A stretch of 64,000 bases of DNA from Bugula neritina (GCA_964035545.1 OZ037770.1:5280729-5344728); one strand, 5' to 3'. Shown: positions 54,201-63,827, counted from the stretch's first letter. Made by a program: numbers and translations. The notes: generated from the letters alone by a model not told the origin.

Positions 54201-56491
54201 AAGCTGCGTCTTTAAACCTTCTAAAGTCTCAAACGATATCTCTTTATGTGAGGAAAATTCCTTACTTATGAACTGATGAAACACACTGCAGTTTTTTAGT
54301 ATCTCTTTTAATTTATCTGCCAATAGTTTGATTTCAATACGTTTAGCATGAGTTGGATTGTCTTCATGTATCTCAACATGTCCTTGTGTGGGTGGAATTT
54401 CCTGTTCTAATGTCTCGTAATTTTTGGCTGACGAATTTTGGTCAAATTGAAAAGTGTCACTAATTGCAGCATTTTCTGATTGAGTATTTTGTTTATACAT
54501 GGTTGACAAAAAGAAATAGCAAAATGTGTGAGAATTTAGTGTTGAATATCTTGGCGTGAAAACACAACTCCTAATTAGTTTTTTGAAAATATCGAATTTC
54601 TGGTCAGTTGGCTTACTGTCACAAAGCGCACAATAAATTCAAAGATAGCACGCGTAACCACAGTAGGCAAGGAAAATCGTAGTGCGTTGACTGTTAAATT
54701 ATTGCTTTGACCTAGTTATTGCCCGGAATGTAAACGCAGCACGCTGTGTTGTCACTATTACAACAGCGATGTTACAGTAATAAAGAGATAGAACAAATGA
54801 AAATAAAGATGCTCACTAATAGTAATTGTGATATGTGAATGAAAAGTTATAATTAGCTTGAGAGCTATGTAAAATTTGGTAGCTATGTAGTACAAGAAGT
54901 AAATTGTGGTTAACTAGGACAATGTGTCAGTTGGGTAAAAACTTATACAGTATAGATATAATTAAACTTATCGCTCTGGAGTCTTGTTGGCTGCTGGCTC
55001 TGGCTCTTGGCTCTGGCTTTGTAGCTCTGGCTCTTGGCTGACTGGCGCTGGCTCGGTACGACTGTATAGGCTGATAGTTTGGCTATCGTTCGACTGCTGG
55101 TCAGTTTTCCCCGGAGACTGTATGCCTGATTTGGGTGAATTGTGGGTTGAGTTGTTTAACTTGGGTTTGGTGTGCTTGTGCTTATCGTAAGTGATGAATG
55201 AGAATTTACTCTGTGCATGAGGATAGAAGCATTTCACATTAGAGTATTACGTGCTGTTTTGGATTAAAGTTGTGGGAGCTTGATGTAGAGTGGAAAATCA
55301 AGGTTCAATCATTTGAGTGTAAGTAGGTTACAGTTTCGCTTGTCAGCAGCAAGTGGGAAGTTTTACTTGCTGTCTTAGGTTAAAGTTCCACTTCGTGAGA
55401 GCTAAGAGTCTAACACTTGTCAAAGGCAAGTGGGAAGAGTTTCACTGTAACTGCCCTCCTAGTTTGCTATGAAAGTTCCATACGGGTGTATGTTTTAGTG
55501 TAGATAGTTTATTGATTTACACTGTTCACACCATTTACACCTTTTACACCGTGAAACTACAATTTTCACAAAACAAAATGATTAAAATATGATAGAATAA
55601 GAGCAAATTAAACACAGAAAAGTACATAAAAGAATTTGATAAATTGCTTGTTTTATAATTATTAAAATATTCAAAGTAACAGTATAAATCAACAAAGTTA
55701 TAATATATAAAAGCATACCTCTTTCACCCTTTCTAGGAGAGAGTTAGTAGTATAAAGAAAGCAACATTTTATACCGTGTGTTTGTAAAAATAGCTATAAT
55801 ATTATGTGAGAGTAGATGAGAATGGAACCTTGACGCTTGAGGGTTCTTACGATAATGTCCTGGCTAAATGTATTTTAACTGTTTTTGTCGGCATGTGTAA
55901 AGCTAGTGCACTCAGTTTCTTAGTCATGGTTTTTTGAGTGCAGCCAGTGCAAAATAAAACTTGCAATGCACCGAGTGATACTAAAATGGTCTTGAAGATA
56001 AAAAAACAGTGACAAACAAGTGCTAAAGAGTACACTAAGGATGGGTGATTCATCGCTGTTGGAATATGTGACAACACAAACGCAGTGTGGCAATGTCGGT
56101 AAATGCTAAATTGCTAATTGATATATATTATGACAGTTATGAACAAATTGGCAGCAGAGTGTCAGTAAGCAAACTAAATAAAACCAAATTTATGAAAATT
56201 TACTATTTATTATAAAGGACACTACATATATTGATGTAGAACTGGTATATTATAATAACAACATATAATATTAAATATAATAACATGTATACCATTATAA
56301 TATAATCCAATTACTATATAATATTAACAGTACATATAATAAATAATGCAGTAATTAACCTGTACTTAATGTGATAGTAAATAACTATATTATCATAACA
56401 CATCTTCATATATGTATGTCATTTTAGGAAGAAACGACTTGGACAGACAAATAAACTTACTAATTTAACTTCTAAAGACGATATCAAGTGA
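28016..56491 (+). CDS. Orphan type I single-pass membrane protein, about 256 aa, 9 exons
   Basis: Exons 28016-28043, 28699-28838, 29394-29450, 30366-30496, 44851-44925, 45452-45525, 46089-46177, 46866-46978, 56428-56491 (TGA). All 8 introns are GT-AG and join without a stop (phases 1,0,0,2,2,1,0,2). Signal-peptide-like MDKLEWLLYVIGILLSG; TM segment IFVAIFTILSVLFASTLIVLLV. Upstream in-frame ATGs at 27947 and 27989. Confidence 0.72.
28352..28471 (-). mobile_element. SINE family A, tRNA-like head
   Basis: Reverse complement reads GAGCAGCCGTGGTCTAGGGGTTAG...GGGTTCGAGCCC (A and B boxes). Confidence 0.8.
28865..29350. repeat. (TAGTA)n pentanucleotide repeat
   Basis: About 95 units filling most of intron 2 of the orphan gene. 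Confidence 0.98.
31169..31380 (+). mobile_element. SINE family A, near full-length
   Basis: tRNA-like head GCAGCCGTGGTCTAGGGGTTAG...GGGTTTGAGC plus a ~140-bp body ending gatagtgactataaacttg; at least 4 copies in the window. Confidence 0.8.
32105..44835. repeat. 12.7-kb satellite array, 21-bp unit (about 600 copies)
   Basis: Consensus tatattactgctagtatatat; recurrent variants ctgtcag, ctactag, atcactg and a 23-bp ctgctatag form. Confidence 0.99.
45541..45842. repeat. 15-bp minisatellite
   Basis: gttagtactgcttta units starting about 15 bp after the donor at 45525. Confidence 0.95.
47113..47260. repeat. (ATAAT)n simple repeat
   Basis: Direct observation of the pentamer tract. Confidence 0.9.
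47421..48201 (-). repeat. 3' LTR
   Basis: tgtaactgcc...ggacactaca; no differences from 55446-56226 seen by eye. Confidence 0.97.
48276..54500 (-). CDS. BEL/Pao Gag-Pol polyprotein (Gag, 3 Zn knuckles, protease, RT, RNase H, integrase)
   Basis: Uninterrupted ~2074-aa ORF (first ATG 54500). Motifs: FFGEPLEYLDWK, CYSCAKPGHKMDKC, ALLDSGS, KIRIVFD, YVDD, FSDAS/WTDS/NPADHASRG, integrase VDCFG-CDQGTNF-GGVWERM, and FWQRWRTEYL...RQKW. Domain order PR-RT-RH-IN. Confidence 0.97.
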   Translation of the reverse strand: MYKQNTQSENAAISDTFQFDQNSSAKNYETLEQEIPPTQGHVEIHEDNPTHAKRIEIKLLADKLKEILKNCSVFHQFISKEFSSHKEISFETLEGLKTQLIEEKANVIKAYEQLREACGDLEPDLKVRNQIDRVGADNENCLQQVLELMHVYTTRSKTALSNQPGASSAAFLSKPRNPSGSVISIQSQSYLTSASKSSRASSKIKAMQLEAKAKSAALKQKLESSKSTHALEMQAKQLAMAIEQSKIQAKLDAIEAEEQVLSEAMEDEGSISLFHPLPQPNFTQSHAELDNPAKSSSIVLPAPAPNFKHLHVETHNPVKPSIMPPVPAPRTQTKHPITNPQFYQAPADSTSYPTRSPVDVTPPWNISSVSDQQAFANTLAQAIHTIKLKPAEPTVFFGEPLEYLDWKVAFEGLIESGSYNPLQKIALLQQYLGGKAKRVVANLFQIGTEEAFKEAKRKLNDKFGKPHILTEAYRTQLEQWPLIKEHDGEALEELVNFLESCQTAMNKLPELNCLNDRRENEKILAKLPISVGNRWVKMATEIESTTDRFPSIFDFVRFLSREADVASNSLNKAIAKRVVSNRNHDNSYRRSQPTRKSEKQATVFLASENQATTANISHDTTKPMRRYPCLMCNMNNHGTGICFKLEKLPHSDIEKLFDNNNLCYSCAKPGHKMDKCRHPATCTKKDCKQKHLAVFHKYYNRGSENKTSQPNKISHNNQIRGSENKSSTQNSTSNKGSENKTNHNNPNINQDNENNPTQATARSCAGNRPANLASWTIPVYVSSIENPDHEVLVYALLDSGSNHTFITHDTINALNATTHDTDMSISTLTDVQGSTSSRQAATGLLVRGYNRQKYIKLPTCVSQSQIPFNRNEIPNSMSVQDWPHLRHLASEFITAKEGNQLTLGLLIGGNLPQVFMSRQEITAGDNVPFARLSDLGWLLMGNTTQNNTQKNPRNLLTIVNLAVLQPTTRENISFKIQADSHNEDANLETKILKILSSDFDSDPSNENSKMSIDDINFLKLMKEQTYKDVEGHITMPLPLKSQPGPNKSKYMALNRFKNLQKNLTDPTFSEHYHKFMNDIITQGEAELVPDDQKNNESAWYIPHFGVYHPKKPGKIRIVFDGAAKVGGMCLNDYLLQGPDQMNSLIGILMRFRKYLVGVTCDIGRMFHQFRIFPEHRDLLRFLWYDEQGEIVPYRMKVHLFGATSSPACTTYGLRSLCDTSINPNTLAKSFIRNNFYVDDGLMSFSDTDSAISVVQDAISICQEGNLRLHKFSSNSSAVLESIPASERNVQDIQTLEPDDDSQPIERTLGLLWSLKSDAFTFSSSIKSNPNTRSGVLSTIASIFDPLGFLSPFILKGKNILQDMCRISASWEATLEGELLLRWESWKSSLSDLSNIHIKRCYKPHDFGDISKAEIHHFSDASTNGYGEVSYLRVVNAKHQVNVSLLMSKGRVAPIKPITIPRMELQAAVTSAQVSGIIRSELGMDVTETFWTDSQVVLGYLKNTSKKFHVYVTNRIQKVRDQSCPESWFYVPTDQNPADHASRGLTIDQLNKSNWFTGPDFLWNEPIVIPEQPTPQVRNDDKEVKSLVTSTHDTSTHPTLYHLLHRFSSWTTAVKVTGLFIQKARSKHMKSTSYDIKSASESYIIKSAQQEHLPEAQCLKDGKKISQSSPIFNLSPFLDSKGIMRVGGRLDHSAFIEFSNKHPIILPKAGHFTQLLLQHFHNQAKHQGRGMTLAQMRSAGYWVIGARQLVTSLIYHCVDCRRDRGKPIIPNMSSLPAERVTESPPFTYCGVDCFGPFQVKDRRTELKRYGLMVTCLASRAVHIELLDDMTTSSFINAIRNVIAIRGPIREIWCDQGTNFIGAIPELTEKGVLEFKLNPPAASHMGGVWERMIRSARSILQHVLRKHAGRLDTSNLRTLMYEVMAIINSRPLSTVTEEHHPLTPNLLLTMKSDIILSPPSEFTDSDIYSRKRWRAVQHLANNFWQRWRTEYLCYLQSRQKWVNQTGREMKTGNIVIIVNDNGNRNEWSMGKVVECIKSKDGRVRSAKILIGNRNQPVNSKKYLHRPVSKLVTLIEN
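55446..56226 (-). repeat. 5' LTR
   Basis: 781 bp; on the minus strand it has TATAAAA at 55773-55767 and AATAAA about 65 nt before the LTR end. Confidence 0.97.
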
Positions 56492-58109
56492 CTCAGTCAC
56501 ATGACCAGGTCATGTGACATCCAAGCAGCTCCTACTACGTATGCTACTCAGCAATTGTACAGAACATTTACTATTTGTAAATACTGTGTCATATGTTTTT
56601 TCTATTCTTCTAAATACATTCATTCATGAAATTGTATTACCATAACGTGCATTTTGAAATAGTAAATAGTTTATGATGTTACAGGAATCTTATGTGAGAG
56701 TAGAATGTTCAAATGCATAATATTATTAATCAAGCAGTCAAACTGCAGTGATTAGCTTATAATCCAACTCTGGGTCATTAGGCCAGATTTACATTGAAAT
56801 CCTGCAAGATTAATATCAAAAACACATTTATAGTTTAACAATTCAGTTATAAGTTTTATAATTTATTATATAGGAACAGGTGGACTGTATTAAATAAAAA
56901 GAAAACTGTGCCAATGAGAGGCTTTTATTTATTGGATAGAATGTGATTTGATTAAAGCTATAACTCTTTGTAAAATATTCAACAAGTTTTAATTATCTTT
57001 GTTTAAAAAATTCTGTCAGACTATAGGATTAAAACTGGTGAATTAAAAATAATCTGTTACATTTAAAAACATATATGGTTTGTGTAGCAAAGCAGTAATA
57101 AAACTGTACGTTTTGCTTTGCAGTTATGTATTGCGCTATTATTGTGTGGAAATAAGTTAATGTTAGTAAGTTACTGAACAATCTCTTAGCAGCATAAGCT
57201 ATAATTAAATATGGGAATTGGAATGATAACTCCGAAATACAATTTAATTTATGTGTGCATAATAATTATTTAAGATGTCTTTACCTATCCCACTCACAGC
57301 TGACCTGTTCAAGTAGCTAAAATATTCTAATTACAATTAGATATCTTTATATTTATAGCTTTTGATTGAAGTCTAAAGATGAACACAGTGGTAATTGAAA
57401 TGCTAGTTCCCTTCGCTTTGATATAAATAGAGCAATAAAAATGACTCATCATTTCTAAATTACTAGCTAGTGAGGATAGATTCAAACTATAACAGCTTAT
57501 TCCACATCAAGAATTCTTTTGAAACATTCAAGCTTTAAGTTTATCATTATAGCCAAAGCAATGAGCCCTTTCAATTAAGATTTACAAATGGGAAGGTAAC
57601 ATATGAAATGGTCATGTAAACAATGTTGCCGTGGTAACAATACCTGTAGACATGATTCAACTGCTCTTTCCCTAACAAACTAGTTTTATGTGGAAAAGTG
57701 AGATAGAAAAGCTGTGGTCATTACAACAAAAATAATATATTTTCTAAACTTTGATATACAAATTGCATAGTAATAATATATAAATAAAATCATGACAGGT
57801 ACTACAAAACCGCACTGTACAAAGCGAATTATTTTGTGAAAAATGTCAACAGTTTGAAATACAACAAAATGCACTAGAAAAAGCAAAATACTACAAATAT
57901 TATAATTAGATTTTTTAGGCATTCCGTGTTTCAGAGAAGATAAGAAAGTCAGATGGGCAAAGAGTTTTCAACCTGCAAATCACAATATTCTGTTCAAGGG
58001 CCAAAAATAACTCTTGACAGAAAAGTAGCGGTGTGAAACACTCGGCCAAAGCCCGTTTCAACTTAGCGGCTATGGAGGTAGTTGAGAGAAAGCTAGATCT
58101 GCTGTCACA

Positions 58110-59212
58110 CTATTGGTTAGAATCAGCGGAGCTGTGAGAGTTGGGGGCGGAGCTGTGAGAGTTGAGGGCGGAGCTGTGAGAGTTGGGGGCGGAGCTGTGA
58201 GAGTTGGGGGCGGAGCTGTGAGAGTTGAGGGCGTGTTCATGCTGCTTGTTCCAGAGGTGGGCGTAGAGACTGTGGGGCTGAGAGAGAAGCTGCTGGTGGG
58301 TTCCCTGCTCGCTGATCTGTCCGTTCTCCAGAACCAAGATGGTGTCCGCGTCTATGACGGTGGAGAGACGGTGAGCTATGACCAGAGTAGTCCTGCCTTG
58401 CGTCGCGTTCCCCAGGGCTTTTAGTATGTTCTACAAAACAATCGAAGCCGCCAGCTAAAAATTTAGTGATGACAAATTTGAACAGAAAAGACAATTCTGA
58501 CTAGCGTAGTTTGGTTACTACATGGTGGAGACAATACCAAAAGTTCTCTGCAAAAATTATACCACAGGAGTTTAAACTGACTGTTAAATGAATACAGAGA
58601 GTTATCAATAATTAAATACAGCACTCTTATATCTCACGGATCCACGGGGTCACGAGAAGAGCTTTTGTGCCTTATGTACGTTTATAAGGACAAAATGGCC
58701 CAACTTAATGGATCCGTGAATTAAATCTGGTATTCTATTCTGTCATACATTGAGGTGTCAAGTCAGATATGGAGGGAGCTCTGTATTCTATTTAAAAGAA
58801 CTCTACTCCTGAATCATGATGTAAATAATTCATATACGGCAAGTTGAAAGGTTTCAACAGGAAGTGACTCACCTGCTCTGTTATGGAGTCGAGTGACGAC
58901 GTCGCTTCATCGTACAATATGATTGGAGGATCTTTGAGAATAGCTCGACCAATCGAAATTCGCTGCTTTTCTCCACCTAAAAGCGCAGATAACCAATCAT
59001 ATTAATGGCAGCAGCAATACAGTATTGGTAGTATATGGACTTAGTCTCCATAATAGCTGTGTTAACTACAATTACTGTTAGTAGCAGCAGCAGTAGTAGT
59101 AGTAGTACTGATAGTGGTGGTAGTGGTGGTGGTGGTGGTGGTGGTGGTGGTGGTGGTGGTGGTGGTAGTGGTAGTGGTAGTGGTAGTGGTAGTGGTAGTG
59201 GTAGTGGTAGTG

Positions 59213-59284
<72 letters not shown>

Positions 59285-62200
59285 ATACATACCTGACAAC
59301 TTCAACCCTCTCTCACCAACTTGAGTGTCATAACCTTGAGGAAACCGAAGTATAGTGTCATGGATGTCGGCCATTTTTGCAGCAGAATACACTTGTTCGT
59401 CAGTTGCGCAGATGTCACCATACTTGAGGTTATAAAATACTGTGTCGTGGAACAGCACCGAATCCTGAAACAAGATGGATGCTAATTGGTTAAACAGCTG
59501 CCAATACCGAGTGTTCTTCCATGTTAACCATCAACAAATACACAAACACACACACCTGAGGAACGACTCCCAAGGACTTGCGAAGGTCATCTAGCTTCAG
59601 GAAGCTGATATCCTGACCTCCTACCAGCACTTGTCCAGAATTGGGTTCAAAGAATCTGTAGAGCAGACGTACAATGGTGGACTTCCTGTAAACAGAGAAT
59701 AGTTTGAGTTATTTGCCAACTGAAGTCTGAATACCAAACAAAAACACACGCCTTAGCTAAGAGGTTCACATGAGAGCCAAACTATGATCATATATACATG
59801 GCTTAGCGAAATAGAAAGGGCTCAAAATCGCAAGCCCCGCCCACTAAGATCAAACTCCGCCCACACTTGCTGACAAGGAGTAAGTCTCGCCCACAAAAAG
59901 AGCAAGTTCCACCCTAATTAAGAATGAACTCCGCCTACACTTGCCAATTAGCAGTAACTCCCGCCCCCAAAAATAAAGCTCCGCCCCAACTCACCCACTG
60001 CCACTGCCACCCACAATGGCTACCTTCTTTCCTGCCGGTACCTGGAAGGAGAGACCCCTGAGGATGGGTGCCCCGGGGACATACTCAAAGTGAACGTCGT
60101 TGAACTGAATGCTGCTCATCTCCGGCTTTAGGACAAAGTCTAATGCACCGGGCTTGTCCTGTAACAGAGAGAGCGGATCGGGCTGAACCATAGAAGGCAA
60201 CTTGATAGGCCTCAAGATTTGAAATACAAATAAACTTGAACCATCAAATTTAATTTTCTTCTGCATAGTCCTAATGACAATTATAACATAGTAATATTAG
60301 AATATAGTAATATTATATTATATTAACATCATAATATAAAGCTATTACAGTATAATAATATTATAACATAGTAATATCAGAATAATATATTAATACCAGA
60401 ATAATACAGTAATATCATAAATTCATAATATAGTAACATAAAGATATTACAGTATAGTAATATTATAACAAAGTAATATTAGAATATAGTAATATTACAA
60501 AGAGTGCATTGACAGCTTGAACTGTGAGGTATCGATCCATATTATAACATGTTGTGATATTAAAACCTGACAAACCAAAACATATGGTAACACATAGTTA
60601 CATGCTGTGACATATTCTGACATGCTGTGACATGTTACCACAGGCTGGAATATGCTGTGACATGTGACATGATGACTTGTTTGTGACATGTTATGACATA
60701 TTCTGACACTCTGTGACATATTCTCAAACACTGTGACAAGTAACCACAGCCTAGAAGATATTGTGACATATTCTCATTTGCTAGAAGATATTGTGACATA
60801 TTCTGACATGCTGTGACATGATGATTTGCTGTGACATGTTGTGACAAGTGTACCTGAATGTCGGTAGATACTTTGAGGAGAGAGAACATGGCCTGCATAT
60901 CTATCAGTGACTGTCTGACTTCGCGATAAACTGAGCCGAGGAAGTTGAGAGGCATAGACAGCTGGAACAGCAGTCCATTCACCATTACTAGGGAGCCAAC
61001 TGTCATCGTGCCTTCAAAATACAACACAGCCATAGTAGACAATAACTACAGGTGCTAGCAAGTGCCACTGATGACAGGTGCTAGCAGGTCCTACTGGTGA
61101 CAGGTGCTAGCAGGTGCTGGCAGACCCCAGCAAGTGCTACTGATGACAGGTGCTAGCAAGTCCTACTGATGACAGGTGCTAGCAAGTCTTCCTGTCGACA
61201 GGTGATAACAGGTGCAACTGATGACCAGTGCATGCTGCAATCATTTCCACCAGTTAATAACATGAATAGAAATTTTAGCATCAATAATTATTTATCTAAT
61301 GTATAAATAAAAATATGAATGCAAGTAAATGAATAGTAATAACACGCTACATGACTATGATCAGCCTACCAGCCATGATGTCTTTGGTGGACATGTACAT
61401 TATCAGTCCCAGTCCTCCACTTAGGATAAACTGCTGGCCAAAGCTAAGGAAAGCCAAAGACTGGGTGGTCTTCAATGAGGCTTGTTCATATTTCTACAAC
61501 AAAGCAATCAGATTACCACACACAGAGCATCACAAAACTAGAGAAGTGCTATCTGTACAGTCTGACAGGTCAAAGTGTCTAAGAGCAATCACCTGCAACA
61601 ACTTGTCGAACCGGTCAGCTTCATAGGTTTCATTGTTGAAGTATTTGACTGTTTCATAGTTGATGAGACTGTCAATGGCTCTGTTACCAGCTTGCTGGTC
61701 GGCCTGGTTCATCTGTACTCGAAACTTGGTCCTGTAGAAAACATACATCACCTAGTATAATATAATATAATATAATATATATATATATATATATCTCACC
61801 TAGTATATAATATATCTCACCTAGTATATAATATATTTCACCTAGTATATGACATATCTCACCTAGTACATGATATATCTCACCTAGTATATAATATATC
61901 TCACCTAATATATGATATATCTCACCTAGTATATAATATATCTGTATTGGTATGCCACCCAGAAGTATTGGCAGGCAGCCAATCATTAAAGCTTTCAAGC
62001 TTCAAAAGCTTTCACCAAAGCTACTATTAGCTGGCAGAGCTAATTCATTCACTGTACTGCATGAGTCAGTGTATCATGATCAAACCGCCATATTTACACT
62101 CTTTGTAAGAATAAACTTACGGTTTCGGTATTGTGATGGCTAAGATTTTTATCCACGCATCAATATTGTAAGTTTATTAGAATTACAATAGTTCATGTCA

Positions 62201-63811
62201 ATTTTTTGGTTCTGTAATATTCATAGTGTTCCTCTGAATTTTGATTTATATTGTGACTACTTATTTATACAATTTCTAATGTTTCCCATTTTATAGGGTA
62301 CGATTTGACAGTTAATAAACTCGAAAACCTGTTGCCAAGTTGGCTAGTAGTTAAAGCATATCTTGCAACCAGACACAAACACAAACCGATACAATATCTC
62401 ACCTAGTATATAACATATCTCACCTAGTATATGACATATCTCACCTAGTACATGATATATCTCACCTAGTACATAATATATCTCACCTAATATATGATAT
62501 ATCTCACCTAATATATGATATATCTCACCTAGTATATGATATATCTCACCTAGTATATAATATATCTCACCTAGTTAATTATATATTTCACCTAATACTA
62601 GAAAAAAGCACACCGAAATGATAGTTAATAGCTCACCTAACACAAATAATTATTATATAAATTAATACAGAAAAATCTTAACCTAGACAAATAATATCTA
62701 GTGCAGCACAACAATATTTAACCTAGAATAGAGGCTAGCTTGCTTTAGAAAAAAAAACTTAATAATAGAAAAGTTTATCCTGGGTAGAAAATAATAAACT
62801 AAGAATGAGTAGTGAATTCTTAAAACAAAGAGTAGCTCTAAGGCTAGAAATGGCGAGACTGAAACAACAATAGCTAAAGTATCATATGAATAGTTCACAC
62901 ACAACCAACCTACCTACAGAGTACATCAAGTATAAGTTCACAGAAATGTAGGGAATCAACTGAAACACAAACCTCCACTGGGTGGTGGCGATGGTGAACA
63001 GTCCATAAGTTCCTAGAAACCCGAGAGTGGCTACGGCGTACTTCCAACCACAGGTGGCTGTCTGCAAAAGGAAACAGAGTACATGTGAGTAGAGAGAGTT
63101 GAAGAGTAAACAGAGTACAGGTGAGTAAAGAAAATGAAAAAATGTGTATGAAATAAAACGATAAAAAATGTCAGAAAAGAAAGTTTTGATTTTCACTCAT
63201 GAAAAAAGTCTCCGAAGCAACATTTAACAGTAAAAATGTTGCTTCCATTAACTCCACGCATATAGGGTGAGTCAACACGTATATGCTTACCATAGCTGCT
63301 GTAACCATGGCAACCTCAATCATGGTCGGCACAACATTAAACACCAATGCACTCAGCAGAAAGTTAATCCCCCTAAAACAGACCACAACAAACTTACTAA
63401 ACTTCTATCTGATTTCCACCTCAGTCATCTTAGCCCCGTTTCACCTAGTCTGGATTTATCCGTCACAATATTTATTTCCGTAGTCACAGAGATTGAAACT
63501 ATTGCTAGATAATCAGCAAACACTTGATCAAGACATAGCGCTTATTATTTTGAGAAAATTATAGTTAACTGGGTTATTTGAAAATGATATCAATTCGAAT
63601 AGCACATCTTAGAAGTTATCACACCTTGTGCCCCGATCTATTGTCTTGGACAAGGCGCCAGTTTGCCGAGAGAGGTGGAAGTTGAGATCTAGATTGTGCA
63701 GGTGAAGGAACACCTTTCTCCCGACATGACGTACGGAGTTCTGAGCCACCTTGGCAAACACGTAGTTCCTCATCTCATTGAATAGACTGGAGCCTGCCTT
63801 CGCTGTAGCAT
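58110..63811 (-). CDS. ABCB7: Mitochondrial ABC transporter ABCB7/ATM1 (Fe-S cluster export), 3' part
   Basis: Exons 63811-63625, 63372-63291, 63061-62973, 61731-61593, 61493-61370, 61011-60854, 60158-59995, 59685-59556, 59464-59293, 58976-58873, 58430-58110, all phase-consistent. Motifs: [56 protein letters not shown], Walker [32 protein letters not shown]. Confidence 0.96.
58617..58785. mobile_element. Tc1/mariner-like MITE
   Basis: TA-CAG...CTG-TA ends with imperfect TIRs; internal similarity to 11006-11192. Confidence 0.5.
59079..59284. repeat. Compound (GTA)n/(GTG)n/(GTAGTG)n microsatellite
   Basis: Directly visible; starts 8 bp inside an ABCB7 donor site. Confidence 0.97.
60590..60848. 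repeat. Degenerate GTGACAT-based tandem repeat
   Basis: Multiple tgtgacat(g/a) motifs. Confidence 0.8.
61048..61230. repeat. Degenerate ~25-bp minisatellite
   Basis: gacaggtgctagcaagtcctactgat-like units. Confidence 0.85.
61748..61942. repeat. 21-bp minisatellite, block 1
   Basis: atatctcacctagtatataat units. Confidence 0.92.
62392..62596. repeat. 21-bp minisatellite, block 2 (same unit as block 1)
   Basis: atatctcacctagtatat(a/g)at units. Confidence 0.92.
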
Positions 63812-63827
63812 CTATAGTATTATATTA

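Larger units (their letters stand above)
47421..56226 (-). mobile_element. Full-length BEL/Pao LTR retrotransposon
   Basis: Two 781-bp TG...CA LTRs, 6-bp TSD TATATT (47415-47420, 56227-56232), single gag-pol ORF, polypurine tract AGGTGGGAG next to the 3' LTR. Confidence 0.97.

Noticed and set aside
54968-55237. 89-aa ORF in the retrotransposon leader (possible accessory gene)
   Set aside because: Short, low-complexity and partly made of ggctct repeats; no other support.
59035-59355. Poly-Gly/Ser, poly-Val and poly-Tyr/His ORFs
   Set aside because: Trinucleotide microsatellite within an ABCB7 intron.
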